Shown here: positions 1 through 8,997 of the stretch, in pieces
Layout: every line of letters begins with the position of its first letter
Position numbering within the stretch: the first letter of the stretch is position 1
From: Candidatus Micrarchaeota archaeon
Lineage (GTDB): Archaea > Micrarchaeota > Micrarchaeia > Norongarragalinales > SBBD01
Assembly (NCBI GenBank): GCA_043806595.1
Contig: JAZDGU010000029.1
Location: forward strand, 23,576-87,575
Reading direction: 5' to 3'
DNA: 64,000 bases
Translations under genes and position numbers: made by a program
Notes under the pieces: model-generated
Seen by the model: the letters and a program-made list of their open reading frames with translations, nothing else
The model's database searches: none
Told to the model about the DNA's origin: nothing

Positions 1-361
1 TGTGCAGCACGCCGTCTGCAAGCAGGAAGCTCGCAATGGTTTTCGCTCCTGCGGACCGCAGGAAAACCGCGCTCCTTCCCGCGGCGTTCCTCAGCGTGTC
101 GGCGTCGACGTCCTTGCGCTTGCCCAGCCCGATGAGCAGGATGCGGCCGAACCCTGCTTGTACGCCCGGCGGGGCGTGCAGGAGGGTAGCCTGCATCGCC
201 TTTCCGGAAAACTCGCCGGACTTGACGACCGCCGAAGCCGCGCCGCCCAGCGCCAAGTCGGCTTTCTTCAGCTCGCCGGCCGGGACCTCGCCCTCGAACA
301 CGCCGAATACGGCGGCATCGCACACGAACTTGGAACCGAAAGGCTGAACCGAAACCCTCAT
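1..361 (-). CDS. pepA: Leucyl aminopeptidase (M17 family), N-terminal part; runs off the window edge
   Basis: Not in the ORF track. Manual translation from ATG at 361 gives MRVSVQPFGSKFVCDAAVFGVFEGE...GEFSGKAMQATLLH...RILLIGLGKRKDVDADTLRNAAGRSA, the typical M17 N-terminal domain pattern. Confidence 0.75.
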   Translation of the reverse strand, partial: MRVSVQPFGSKFVCDAAVFGVFEGEVPAGELKKADLALGGAASAVVKSGEFSGKAMQATLLHAPPGVQAGFGRILLIGLGKRKDVDADTLRNAAGRSAVFLRSAGAKTIASFLLADGVLH

Positions 362-456
362 ATCCGCATCCCCCCGCACGTGAATTTAGTGGAATAGGCT
401 CGCGCGTATTTAAAGCGTTTCCATACGGGGAAGGGGGAGGGCCACGCGAGGCGTCG

Positions 457-990
457 TCAGATTAGGCCGAGGCCCTGCATCGTCACGCCCCAGTTCTCCC
501 CGAACACGGTGGCAAGCGCGTGCGCGCGCGGCGGGGTGGCGTAGCGCATGAGTATCCTCCTCGACTCGATTGCGACAGAGTCGCGGAGCAGGTGCTGTTC
601 TCGGAAGGGAACGCGGCGGTTGCGGGCGACGATTATCTTCTTCACGCGGCGGAGGACGGGGGACCTGCGCAAAGAGGAAAGGAGGTCCCTCAAACGCACG
701 TGCGGGATGGAATCGACGGCGTTTTTCGCCGCAAGCGCGTTGGAGGCGAAGCCCTCCCGCTCGGCGAGCTCTCCCAGGACGGCGGAGCTCAGCGAGGTGT
801 TCTCGCCGGTGAACGCCCAGACCGCGGCCTTCTCGTAGTCCGATGCCCGGTGGGGCGGGAGCCTCGCGAAGAAGAGGTGCCTCGAGGCGGCAGTGCGGTT
901 CCTCTCGTATTGCCTGAGTTTCATGGCCTTTCGCAATGCGTTCTTCGGGGCCGAATAAAAGGCTTTGGGTGTTGCGCTCGCGCTAGCCAT
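457..990 (-). CDS. Hypothetical Arg-rich protein (start could be ATG 924)
   Basis: ORF fills the gap between pepA and the divergent uL15 promoter; no recognised motif. Confidence 0.45.
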   Translation of the reverse strand: MASASATPKAFYSAPKNALRKAMKLRQYERNRTAASRHLFFARLPPHRASDYEKAAVWAFTGENTSLSSAVLGELAEREGFASNALAAKNAVDSIPHVRLRDLLSSLRRSPVLRRVKKIIVARNRRVPFREQHLLRDSVAIESRRILMRYATPPRAHALATVFGENWGVTMQGLGLI

Positions 991-1064
991 TTAAAAATAT
1001 TCACGTGCTTATGTTCTCTCCTGCTGTCCCGTCTTTTTGCAGAAGCAAATAGTGGTGTTCACAC

Positions 1065-1493
1065 ATGGCAAGGCGCATCAAGTCAAGCGTAAGGAAGCAC
1101 GCCGGCAACCGCACGTACGGCGGGGGAAACAAGAAGAACCGCCGCGGGAAGGGCGTGCGCGGCGGAGTCGGGAGGGCGGGCTACCACAAGCACAAGTGGC
1201 TCCGCACGATAAAGACTGAAGGCACGACGCAGACCGCGCCCGGATTTGTCAATCCCTCGCCGCGCAAGGTCGCCGTCGTCCAGCTGAACAGGCTGGCGTA
1301 CCGCATCGGCAAGGGCGAGTTTCAGGAGGAGAACGGCGCCTACAACATCGACGTGACGGCGAAAGGGGGTTACGTCAAGGTGCTCGGGAACGGCAAATTC
1401 GCCAGCAAGGCGAACGTGAAGGCGAACGCTTTCTCCGCCTCCGCGAAGCGCAAGATAGAGGAGGCGGGCGGGACCGTGCTCGTGGCTCAGTAA
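1065..1493 (+). CDS. rpl15: 50S ribosomal protein uL15
   Basis: RTYGGGNKKNRRGKGVRGGVGRAGYHKHKW and VKVLGNG...FSASAKRKIEEAGG motifs; directly upstream of secY. Confidence 0.95.
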   Translation: MARRIKSSVRKHAGNRTYGGGNKKNRRGKGVRGGVGRAGYHKHKWLRTIKTEGTTQTAPGFVNPSPRKVAVVQLNRLAYRIGKGEFQEENGAYNIDVTAKGGYVKVLGNGKFASKANVKANAFSASAKRKIEEAGGTVLVAQ

Positions 1494-1535
1494 GGTTTAA
1501 AAGAGGCGCGCGGAAAGAAATCGGAGGCTGATGCA

Positions 1536-2957
1536 ATGCTCAAGGCGTTGAAACCGATAATCGACAATCTACCCGAAGTGAAGGCGCCGCTGAAGGCCCC
1601 CCCGCTCAAGGAGAAGCTCAAGTGGACCGCCGCCGTGCTCGTCATCTTCTACCTGATGGGGCAGATTTATCCGATCGGCCTTGACGCCACGCGAGTCGCG
1701 ACCTTCGAGAGGCTCGAAATCCTGCTCGGCAGCCGCACCGGCACGCTCATCACCACCGGAATCGGGCCCATCGTGCTCGCCAGCATCTTCCTCCAGCTCG
1801 CAGTCGGCGCCAAGCTCATCAAGATAGACCTCTCCCAGCAGGAGAACAAGAAGCTCTACCAGGGCTTGCAGAAGCTGCTCGCCATCGCGCTCAGCATCCT
1901 CGAGGGATTCATCTACTCCAAGTCCATCGTCGTTGCGACCGACGCGATCACCCCGGCGCTCTTCGCGCAGAACGCCATGTTCGGCATACTCACGCCGCTG
2001 CAGCTCGCGGTCATGTTCCAGCTTACTCTCGGATCCGTCATCCTGCTGTATCTCGACGAAATCGCACAGAAATACGGCATCGGGTCTGGCATCTCGCTGT
2101 TCATCGCCGCGGGAGTCGCCCAGGCCGTGTTCATCGGCGCGTTCAGCTTCGCCACCACGGGAACGTCCGTCGCCGGGTTGATCCCGCAGGCGATTTTCGA
2201 GCTCGTGAACGCCAACGTCGCGAGCGCGATCTGGGCGCTGATGCCGCTCGTATTCACGATAGTCGTGTTCTCCATGGCGGTCTACGCCGAGGGAATGAAG
2301 ATCGAGCTGCCCCTCGCGTACGGCGGGGCGCGCGGGCTCGGGGCGCGCTATCCCATCAAGTTCCTCTATGTGAGCAACATCCCGGTGATACTCGCCTCGG
2401 CGGTACTCCTCAACATACAAGTCTTCGGGCTGTTCATGAGCAACGCGGGCATCAACGTGCTGGGCACGTACCAGGACAACCAGCCCGTCGACGGCTTCGT
2501 TTATTATACCACACCCATGCAGTCGCCGCTGATGACCCCGGGCGGGTACTCCGTCTACCTCAGCCTCATCACAGAGCCGAGGGAAATCCTGCACATATTC
2601 ACGTACGGGATAGTGCTGGTGCTGCTCTGCGTCGTGTTCGGCTGGTTCTGGATAGAGAGCACGGGAATGGGGGCGAGCGACGTGGCGGCGCAGCTGGAGA
2701 AAACTGGAATGCAAATCCCGGGCTTCAGGCAGGACCCGCGCGTCACCGAGAGGATACTGCAGAGGTACATCCCGGTGATAACAATTCTGGGGAGCATTTT
2801 CGTGGGCATACTCGCATGGTTCGCGGACATCACCGGCGCGCTCGGAACCGGCACGGGAATCCTCCTGACCGTCGGAATCCTCTACCGGCTGTACGAGGAC
2901 CTCTCCCGCCAGCAGGTATTCGAGATGTACCCGGTGCTGAACAGGTTCGTAAAATAG
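1536..2957 (+). CDS. secY: Preprotein translocase subunit SecY
   Basis: About 10 hydrophobic segments; GIGPIV, GIGSGISLFI, YPIKFLYVSNIPVI, IPGFR and GTGTGILL motifs. Confidence 0.97.
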   Translation: MLKALKPIIDNLPEVKAPLKAPPLKEKLKWTAAVLVIFYLMGQIYPIGLDATRVATFERLEILLGSRTGTLITTGIGPIVLASIFLQLAVGAKLIKIDLSQQENKKLYQGLQKLLAIALSILEGFIYSKSIVVATDAITPALFAQNAMFGILTPLQLAVMFQLTLGSVILLYLDEIAQKYGIGSGISLFIAAGVAQAVFIGAFSFATTGTSVAGLIPQAIFELVNANVASAIWALMPLVFTIVVFSMAVYAEGMKIELPLAYGGARGLGARYPIKFLYVSNIPVILASAVLLNIQVFGLFMSNAGINVLGTYQDNQPVDGFVYYTTPMQSPLMTPGGYSVYLSLITEPREILHIFTYGIVLVLLCVVFGWFWIESTGMGASDVAAQLEKTGMQIPGFRQDPRVTERILQRYIPVITILGSIFVGILAWFADITGALGTGTGILLTVGILYRLYEDLSRQQVFEMYPVLNRFVK

Positions 2958-2961
2958 GTGC

Positions 2962-3453
2962 ATGGAAATGGCATTGCTCGGACTACCGGACGCGCTTGCG
3001 ATATTCCTTGCCGCCGGAATCTTCTCCTTAATCACGAACGTGATCAACCGCGCGATGGGCATCACCAAGCGCAGGATCGAGCTCCAGAAGATTCAGAAGG
3101 ACTACCAGAAGCGCTCGACGGACGCCATCAAGAGGAACGACGAGAAGGAGCTCGACAAGCTCAAGGAGGAGGAGAAGGTGTTCATGAAGACCGTGCAGGA
3201 GTCCATGATGCTCCCCTTCAAGAGCATGATATTCATCCTCCCGCTTTTCTTCGTGTTCCTCTGGTTCATGGAGGGCAACATGCACGGCTTCGCGATACAG
3301 CTGCCGTTCGCGCTCCACCTCAACGGCCACGAGCTCCTCGGACTGAACGTGTTCCAAGAGAGCACCTACGGCCCGAGGGGGCTGTTCATCCTCTCGTCCG
3401 TGCTCGCCGGAAGCGTTATAGAGTTTATCGCCGGAAAGACTATGAAAAACTGA
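2962..3453 (+). CDS. EMC3/TMCO1 (DUF106, Oxa1 superfamily) membrane insertase
   Basis: TM, coiled coil, TM-TM layout; conserved archaeal position between secY and eL34. Confidence 0.85.
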   Translation: MEMALLGLPDALAIFLAAGIFSLITNVINRAMGITKRRIELQKIQKDYQKRSTDAIKRNDEKELDKLKEEEKVFMKTVQESMMLPFKSMIFILPLFFVFLWFMEGNMHGFAIQLPFALHLNGHELLGLNVFQESTYGPRGLFILSSVLAGSVIEFIAGKTMKN

Positions 3454-3471
3454 CGCGGTGATTAGGTAAAA

Positions 3472-3798
3472 ATGGTCGCACCACGACACAGGACAAGCAA
3501 GAAGACGCTCAGGAGGACTCCCGGGGGGAGGAGCGTCGCAATCTACAAGCCGAAGAAGCCGTCCAAGGCAAGATGCGCCATCTGCGGCGCGAAGATGTTC
3601 GCCGTGCCGAACCGGAGCATTGTAGGCATGCGCAAGCTCGCGAAGACGCAGAAGCGCCCAGAGCGGGTGTTCGGGGGCGTGCTCTGCCACACGTGCGTGC
3701 AGCAGCTGCTCAAGGAGAAGCTGAGGCTGCAGGCCGGCGCGCACACCGAGGCAGACATCGGCGTCGTGCACCTGAAGTACATCCGGATGCTGAAGTGA
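3472..3798 (+). CDS. rpl34e: 50S ribosomal protein eL34
   Basis: RRTPGG, CAICG and KRPERVFGGVLCHTC motifs. Confidence 0.95.
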   Translation: MVAPRHRTSKKTLRRTPGGRSVAIYKPKKPSKARCAICGAKMFAVPNRSIVGMRKLAKTQKRPERVFGGVLCHTCVQQLLKEKLRLQAGAHTEADIGVVHLKYIRMLK

Positions 3799-3805
3799 AA
3801 ATTGC

Positions 3806-4393
3806 ATGAGGATCGCGGTCTCGGGGCTGTCCGGCTGCGGCAACACCACGGTCTCCGCCTATGCCGCGAAAATCCTCCGCCTCAGGCCCGTCAACTACAC
3901 CATGCGCAGCCTCGCGAAGGACATCGGCATATCCTTCGGCGAGGCGATGGCGCTCCGCCTGAAGGACGGCAAGCTCGACCTCCTGCTCGACCTCAGGCAG
4001 TCCGAGCTAGCGAAGGCCGAAGGCGTGATACTCTCGAGCAGGCTCGCCATCTGGCTGATGCCCGCGGCCGACCTCCGCGTCTGGCTCTCCGCCACGCCCG
4101 AGGTCCGGGCCCGCAGGATCGCCAAACGCGAAAACAAGACATACCGGCAGGCGCTCGCGGAGACATGCAAACGGGACCGGCAGGACGTCTCGCAGTACAA
4201 GCGCCTCTACGGCATCGACGCAAGCGACACGTCGCAGGCTGACCTCGTGATAAACACGGAATGGCTCGACGCGCAGGAAGTCGCGGCAATCATCGCAGGC
4301 GCCGCGCGCCCGCTCAAGAGGCGCAGGGCCGCGCAAAGCGAGGCATATAATAAGATTGCCGCCGCAATAATGAAGAAACTCAAGTTCAGGTGA
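3806..4393 (+). CDS. cmk: Archaeal cytidylate kinase
   Basis: IAVSGLSGCGNTT P-loop (Asn in place of the usual Lys), SRLA, RARRIAKRE and YKRLYGID; synteny. Confidence 0.85.
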   Translation: MRIAVSGLSGCGNTTVSAYAAKILRLRPVNYTMRSLAKDIGISFGEAMALRLKDGKLDLLLDLRQSELAKAEGVILSSRLAIWLMPAADLRVWLSATPEVRARRIAKRENKTYRQALAETCKRDRQDVSQYKRLYGIDASDTSQADLVINTEWLDAQEVAAIIAGAARPLKRRRAAQSEAYNKIAAAIMKKLKFR

Positions 4394-4402
4394 AAACGCA
4401 TA

Positions 4403-4567
4403 ATGGGAGCATTGCAAGTGGGCAAGAAGTGCCTCAAGACAAAGGGAAGGAAGGCCGGACGCACGGTGGAGATAACCAGGATAATCGACGCCAACTTCGT
4501 AGAAGTGAAGGACGACAAGGGCAAGGCCAAGCGATGCAACGTCCTCCACCTCGAACCCCTTCCCTGA
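4403..4567 (+). CDS. rpl14e: 50S ribosomal protein eL14 (short, 54 aa)
   Basis: Not in the ORF track. Manual translation: MGALQVGKKCLKTKGRKAGRTVEITRIIDANFVEVKDDKGKAKRCNVLHLEPLP; sits between cmk and Cbf5. Confidence 0.9.
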   Translation: MGALQVGKKCLKTKGRKAGRTVEITRIIDANFVEVKDDKGKAKRCNVLHLEPLP

Positions 4568-4582
4568 AGGAAGGCACCGCTT

Positions 4583-5476
4583 ATGCCCAGCGCGAAAACC
4601 CCCAAAGCCGACATTGACGATCTGCTACGCTACGGGGTGGTGTGCATCGACAAGCCGTGCGGGCCCTCTTCGCACGAGGTCGCGGCGTTCGTGAGGAACA
4701 TCCTCCATCTCAAGCGCACCGGCCACACGGGCACCCTCGACCAGAACGTCTCGGGGGTGTTGGTCGTCCTGCTGGAGGACTCGTGCAAGATGTCGCACTA
4801 CCTGATGGGCTCGAGGAAGAAATACGAGTGCGTCATGAGGACGGAAAAACCCGTCGCAGGGGACGTGCTGGAGGACGCCTTCTCGCATTTCAGGGGGAGG
4901 ATTTTCCAGACGCCGCCCCTCGCGAGCGCCGTCGCGAAGAAGCTCAGGGTCAGGGAGGTCTACCGCCTCGACGTCCTTGAGGCGGACGGGCGGCTGGTGC
5001 TCTTCGAATGCGAGACCGAAGCCGGCACGTACATCCGCAAGATAGTGTCCGACGCGGGCGAGGTTCTCGGCGTCCGTACGGAAATGGCCGAGCTCCGGAG
5101 GACAGCGGCCTCGACGTTTTCCGAAGGCGACGCGGTCACCCTGCAGCAGCTCACGGACTACTTCTGGCTCTGGAAGGAACGCGGCGACGCGTCCAAACTG
5201 GGGAAAACCGTCCATTCCGTCGACGAGGTAGTCGGCAAGGCCATGAAAAAGGCCGTGCTCAAGGAAGGGGCGATGAAGAAGGCCCTCAACGGCGTTAAGC
5301 CGCTGGCCGAGGACTTCATTTCAATTGACATCGAGGCACAAGCCGGGGAGGCCGTCGCGGCCTTCGACGCAGACGGGGCGCTGCGGTGCGTATTGCAGAT
5401 GAAATTCGGCGCCAGCGAGCTGGGGAAGCGGAAGGGGGAGGCCGCCGCAGACGTGCAGAGGGTCCTGCGGCCCTGA
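4583..5476 (+). CDS. truB: Pseudouridine synthase Cbf5/TruB
   Basis: IDKPCGPSSHEV, GHTGTLDQ (catalytic Asp), QTPPLASAV, GTYIRK and ELRRT motifs. Confidence 0.93.
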   Translation: MPSAKTPKADIDDLLRYGVVCIDKPCGPSSHEVAAFVRNILHLKRTGHTGTLDQNVSGVLVVLLEDSCKMSHYLMGSRKKYECVMRTEKPVAGDVLEDAFSHFRGRIFQTPPLASAVAKKLRVREVYRLDVLEADGRLVLFECETEAGTYIRKIVSDAGEVLGVRTEMAELRRTAASTFSEGDAVTLQQLTDYFWLWKERGDASKLGKTVHSVDEVVGKAMKKAVLKEGAMKKALNGVKPLAEDFISIDIEAQAGEAVAAFDADGALRCVLQMKFGASELGKRKGEAAADVQRVLRP

Positions 5477-5547
5477 AAACCCCTCGCTCCCGTCGGGGAT
5501 TATAAAGATTGGCGTCGTTAGGAGTAGTGCTTATAGAGGGAATCTTG

Positions 5548-6759
5548 ATGCCTCAGGCTGCAGTCAACATAGGAACCATAGGGCACGTCGACCACGGCAA
5601 GACCACGCTTGTAGCGGCGCTGACCGGAAAGTGGACGGACACGCACTCCGAGGAACTCAAGCGCGGCATCACAATCCAGCTCGGATTCGCGGACGTGACG
5701 TTCTACAAGTGCGGCAAGTGCCCCGCGCCGTACAATTATTCGGGCAAACCGAAGTGCCCCGTTTGCGGCGAAAGCGGCGAAATTGCTAGAAGGGTTTCAT
5801 TCGTCGACTCGCCGGGCCACGAGACGCTCATGGCGACGGTAATAGCCGCGAGCAGCATCATGGACGGCGCGCTGTTCGTTATCGCCGCCAACGAGAAATG
5901 CCCGAAGCCCCAGACCGTGGAGCACCTCGCCGTGATGGAGTCCGCAGGAATCAAGAACGTCGTGATTGCACAGACGAAGGTGGACCTGATAGACAAGGAC
6001 AAGGTCCTCGAGAATTACTCGCAGATCAAGGAATTCCTCAAGGGCAGCGCCTACGAGGACGCGCCCGTATTGCCGGTTTCCGTCAACTCGCCGAAGGCGG
6101 TAAGCGCGCTGATATCGGCGCTAGAGGAGGTCATCCCGACTCCCGAACGCCCGCAATCCGCGGAACTTCGGATGCTCGTTGCGCGCAGCTTCGACGTGAA
6201 CAAGCCGGGCATCGGCATCGACGGCATCGTCGGCGGGGTTGTCGGCGGCTCCATCGTGAGCGGCACGCTAAAGGTCGGCGACGAGATAGAGATAGCGCCC
6301 GGGCTCCTCAAGAAGAAGAAGGACCGCGAGGACTACGAGCGCCTCAAGACGAAAGTGATTTCGCTTCACGCCGAAAGGGACAGGTTCGAAACCGCCGGCC
6401 CCGGCGGTCTCGTCGCAGCCTCGACGACGCTCGACCCCGCGCTGACAAGGGCGAATGCGCTCGTCGGCAACGTCGTCGGCCTGCCCGGGACGCTTCCGGC
6501 CAACCGCACGGAAATCGACGTCGAGATCTCGGCGCTAAAGCGCACCGTGGAGGTGTTCAACGCCTCGCCGGGCATCAACGAGCCGCTCGTGCTCGGCATA
6601 GGGACGAACACTACCGTGGGATTCGTCGTCGAGCGCAAGAAGAAGTCGTATTCGCTCAAACTGAAGAAGCCAGTAGTCGCGAACGCGGGCGAGAGCCTCG
6701 CGGTGATGCGCCGCGCGAACAACCGCTGGCACCTCTACGGCACCGCGAAGATACTCTGA
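5548..6759 (+). CDS. eif2g: Translation initiation factor 2 gamma subunit
   Basis: GHVDHGKTT, HSEELKRGITI, Zn knuckle, DSPGHE and RSFDVNKPG; ATG 5548 preferred over the upstream TTG. Confidence 0.96.
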   Translation: MPQAAVNIGTIGHVDHGKTTLVAALTGKWTDTHSEELKRGITIQLGFADVTFYKCGKCPAPYNYSGKPKCPVCGESGEIARRVSFVDSPGHETLMATVIAASSIMDGALFVIAANEKCPKPQTVEHLAVMESAGIKNVVIAQTKVDLIDKDKVLENYSQIKEFLKGSAYEDAPVLPVSVNSPKAVSALISALEEVIPTPERPQSAELRMLVARSFDVNKPGIGIDGIVGGVVGGSIVSGTLKVGDEIEIAPGLLKKKKDREDYERLKTKVISLHAERDRFETAGPGGLVAASTTLDPALTRANALVGNVVGLPGTLPANRTEIDVEISALKRTVEVFNASPGINEPLVLGIGTNTTVGFVVERKKKSYSLKLKKPVVANAGESLAVMRRANNRWHLYGTAKIL

Positions 6760-6761
6760 CG

Positions 6762-6911
6762 TCAGCCGTCCAGCATCTTGGCGAGCTGCCGGCTCCAGAC
6801 CTTGTTCGGCGTTTTCTTCAGCCAATCGACGTAGGAGTCGATGAACTTCAGGCGCTCGATGAAATTCTGCCGCTTGGCCTCGTCCAACTTTTTGAGGGAT
6901 GCTCTTTTCAT
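6762..6911 (-). CDS. 49-aa helical protein coupled to the nucleotidyltransferase (putative toxin-antitoxin partner)
   Basis: Not in the ORF track: MKRASLKKLDEAKRQNFIERLKFIDSYVDWLKKTPNKVWSRQLAKMLDG. ATGA overlap with the upstream stop at 6908-6911. Confidence 0.7.
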   Translation of the reverse strand: MKRASLKKLDEAKRQNFIERLKFIDSYVDWLKKTPNKVWSRQLAKMLDG

Positions 6912-7519
6912 TTCAAATTCCCCGTAATGAATTCCACGTTTTCTTTTTCGACGCGCAATGCATACATGAATTCAGAAAGCTTCGCCGTATCTAAGTGCTT
7001 TGCGAATAGGCGGTATAAGAACCTTGCGTCCTCCAAATCCTTCTCCGAACCAAGGTACCCCTTGAAAGCAATCTGAAGCTCCAAAGGCGATATAAACAGC
7101 GGGACGCCGTTAAGAACCAGCTTGACACGGTTTTCCAGCGAATGCGCATCCCACCGGCCCTTGGGGAACTTGAACTCTACGTTGGGGATGAACTGCCCCT
7201 TGAGGGCGAAGCGAATCGCAGTGCCTTTGAGCAGGTAGTCCTCGTAGGCGGCCCTGGCGGAAGGCGCGTTGATGCAGTCGAAATCCGCGGAAAGCGACCC
7301 CCAAAGCGTTTCGAACTTGGAAAACGGGATTTTCTCGACTATAATGTCAACATCTTCAGTGTTCCTGCTCCTGCCGAAGGCGATGGCCACGTAGCCCGAA
7401 ACGAAGACATAGCGGATTTTCGCGTATTCCAAACGGGCTATAAAACGTCGGGCGAAGCGGTCGACGGCGAACTCCTCGCGGTCAAGGACGATTTTCTTGC
7501 GCGAGAACGTGATTTCCAT
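6908..7519 (-). CDS. Pol-beta superfamily nucleotidyltransferase (DUF6036/AbiEii-like)
   Basis: YVFVSGYVAIAFGRSRNTEDVDII motif and C-terminal LELQIAFK...SEKDLEDA. Confidence 0.8.
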   Translation of the reverse strand: MEITFSRKKIVLDREEFAVDRFARRFIARLEYAKIRYVFVSGYVAIAFGRSRNTEDVDIIVEKIPFSKFETLWGSLSADFDCINAPSARAAYEDYLLKGTAIRFALKGQFIPNVEFKFPKGRWDAHSLENRVKLVLNGVPLFISPLELQIAFKGYLGSEKDLEDARFLYRLFAKHLDTAKLSEFMYALRVEKENVEFITGNLK

Positions 7520-7596
7520 GGCAAGCGTATTGGGCGGAAGGCTTATTTTAACCGTTTGGAACCGGCGTTTCGCTGGACTTCAAGGTAAGGTAAAAG

Positions 7597-7726
7597 CGGG
7601 CCCGCCGGGATTTCCAAGCTCGCCGTTTCACCCCGCCGGCGTTCCGGCGGTCGAGGCGCGCGGTTTTTTGAACCCGGGTCTAAAGCTCCGCAAGCTTTCG
7701 TTCTGTCCAGGTTATACTACGGGCCC
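7597..7726 (-). tRNA. tRNA-Arg(GCG) with a 56-nt non-canonical intron at position 59/60 (exon 1 7726-7667, intron 7666-7611, exon 2 7610-7597)
   Basis: Spliced form GGGCCCG TA GTAT AACCTGGACA GAAC G AAAGC TT GCG GA GCTTT AGAC CCGGG TTCAAA|T CCCGG CGGGCCC G folds as a cloverleaf (one A-A mismatch in the D stem). BHB central helix TTCA/TGGA with 3-nt bulges. TATA-like TTATAAAT upstream, T-rich tract downstream, no encoded CCA. Confidence 0.9.
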
Positions 7727-7819
7727 GCAAATGCGGAATATTTATAAGGCTCAAAGTTAAAAAGCGCTAGTCCGGATTGACGTCTGAAAACCGAAGACGC
7801 TTATTGGGTGCGATTGAAG

Positions 7820-7972
7820 ATGAAGACCTGCACGAGCTGCGGAAGGACCACGGAGGACTACACGATGTTCCCGTGCCCGGGATGCAGCAAGGCCAAGATA
7901 ACGCGCTGCAAGGACTGCAAGGAGAACATAAACCGTTTTGCCTGCCCCGACTGCGGCTACGAAGGCCCCTAG
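7820..7972 (+). CDS. Small double Zn-ribbon protein (DUF1610/HVO_2753 family)
   Basis: Not in the ORF track: MKTCTSCGRTTEDYTMFPCPGCSKAKITRCKDCKENINRFACPDCGYEGP; four CxxC pairs and the terminal CPxCGYEGP signature. Confidence 0.9.
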   Translation: MKTCTSCGRTTEDYTMFPCPGCSKAKITRCKDCKENINRFACPDCGYEGP

Positions 7973-7978
7973 AAGGAG

Positions 7979-8416
7979 ATGCGAGGAATGCCCAAGGCAA
8001 GAAAGGCGATGGCCTTCGGCGCTTTCGACGTCCTCCACCTCGGGCACATATCCTTCCTCGAGCAAGCCGCCGCTCTAGCAGAAACCTTGGTGGTCGTAGT
8101 CGCCACGGACAAGGTCATCCGCAAGGTCAAGGGCCGCGCGCCCTATTTCAACCAAGAGGAACGGCTCAAGCTTGTCTCCAGCCTGCGGTGCGTCGGCAAG
8201 GCGATCCTCGGCGACGAGGGCAACACCGTCCTCCCAATAGTCTGGGAAAAGCCGGATGTAATCGCGTTAGGCTACGACCAGCCGAAGAAGATTGGGGAGC
8301 TGCGGAAGGAAGTCGCCGAGGTCGGCCTGACCCCGAGAATCGTGCGCCTGAAGCCTTTCGGCGAGCGAAGGCACAAGAGCAGCAAGGTCAAGGCCTACTT
8401 CGAGAGGTTCGTCTGA
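7979..8416 (+). CDS. ribL: FAD synthase / cytidyltransferase-family protein
   Basis: GAFDVLHLGH (HxGH), VVVATD, QEERL, PDVIALGYDQ and SSKVK motifs. Confidence 0.8.
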   Translation: MRGMPKARKAMAFGAFDVLHLGHISFLEQAAALAETLVVVVATDKVIRKVKGRAPYFNQEERLKLVSSLRCVGKAILGDEGNTVLPIVWEKPDVIALGYDQPKKIGELRKEVAEVGLTPRIVRLKPFGERRHKSSKVKAYFERFV

Positions 8417-8997
8417 TGAGCTATGCCGCGAGCAGTATTTTTGGGACTGCGATTGCAAGGGCAATGAAGCGCAATAGTTCCGAGGTCATTCACAACGGGG
8501 TGCGGGTTACGAAGAGGGGCAACATAATGCTCGCGCAGTATGCCGAAAGCAGATATCTGGGGATGCCGTATATAGTCGCCTACCCCAAACCGGAGGACAA
8601 GCGTCTATTCGAAGAAGCGAACTCCGCGATTCACCCCTATGGGCCGGCCGAAGACTTTCCGGGGTCGATAGGAAGCCTCATGACCGAATGCGAAGAAAAA
8701 AGAGACACGGTCGTATTCATCCAGTCGCACTACAAAATCGGGAGGGAGGGGTCGCTGGAGCGCGAGATTCACAATAAGTATGCCGGCCCGAGGGGCTGGA
8801 GATACTTCGCTGCGCTATCGGCTATCCGCAGGGCCCACTCCAACGACCGGGAAATAGTATTCCCGTTCAGGGTTCTGACAAGGAATCGCGGCCTCAAGTC
8901 CACTCTGGATACCATTTGCGAGGAGCACGGGTATTGGATGAAGAAAGAGGGCGCGAACTTCATAGTAAGGCAGAGGACGAGATTCGCTATAACATGA
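8416..8997 (+). CDS. Hypothetical orphan protein, 193 aa
   Basis: TGATG overlap with the ribL stop; lower GC than neighbours; no motif recognised. Confidence 0.65.
   Translation: MSYAASSIFGTAIARAMKRNSSEVIHNGVRVTKRGNIMLAQYAESRYLGMPYIVAYPKPEDKRLFEEANSAIHPYGPAEDFPGSIGSLMTECEEKRDTVVFIQSHYKIGREGSLEREIHNKYAGPRGWRYFAALSAIRRAHSNDREIVFPFRVLTRNRGLKSTLDTICEEHGYWMKKEGANFIVRQRTRFAIT

Noticed and set aside
427..452. Resemblance of GGGGAAGGGGGAGGGCCACGCGAGG to the rps10 spacer at 12122-12150
   Set aside because: Short, G-rich and needs several gaps; likely chance.
1569..3068. Long antisense and alternate-frame ORFs over secY (likewise over DP1, DP2, carB and the giant gene)
   Set aside because: Expected in GC-rich coding DNA; they fully overlap well-supported genes and have no motifs.
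7777..8997. 406-aa ORF
   Set aside because: Artefactual extension across the Zn-ribbon gene and ribL; the plausible gene starts at 8416.
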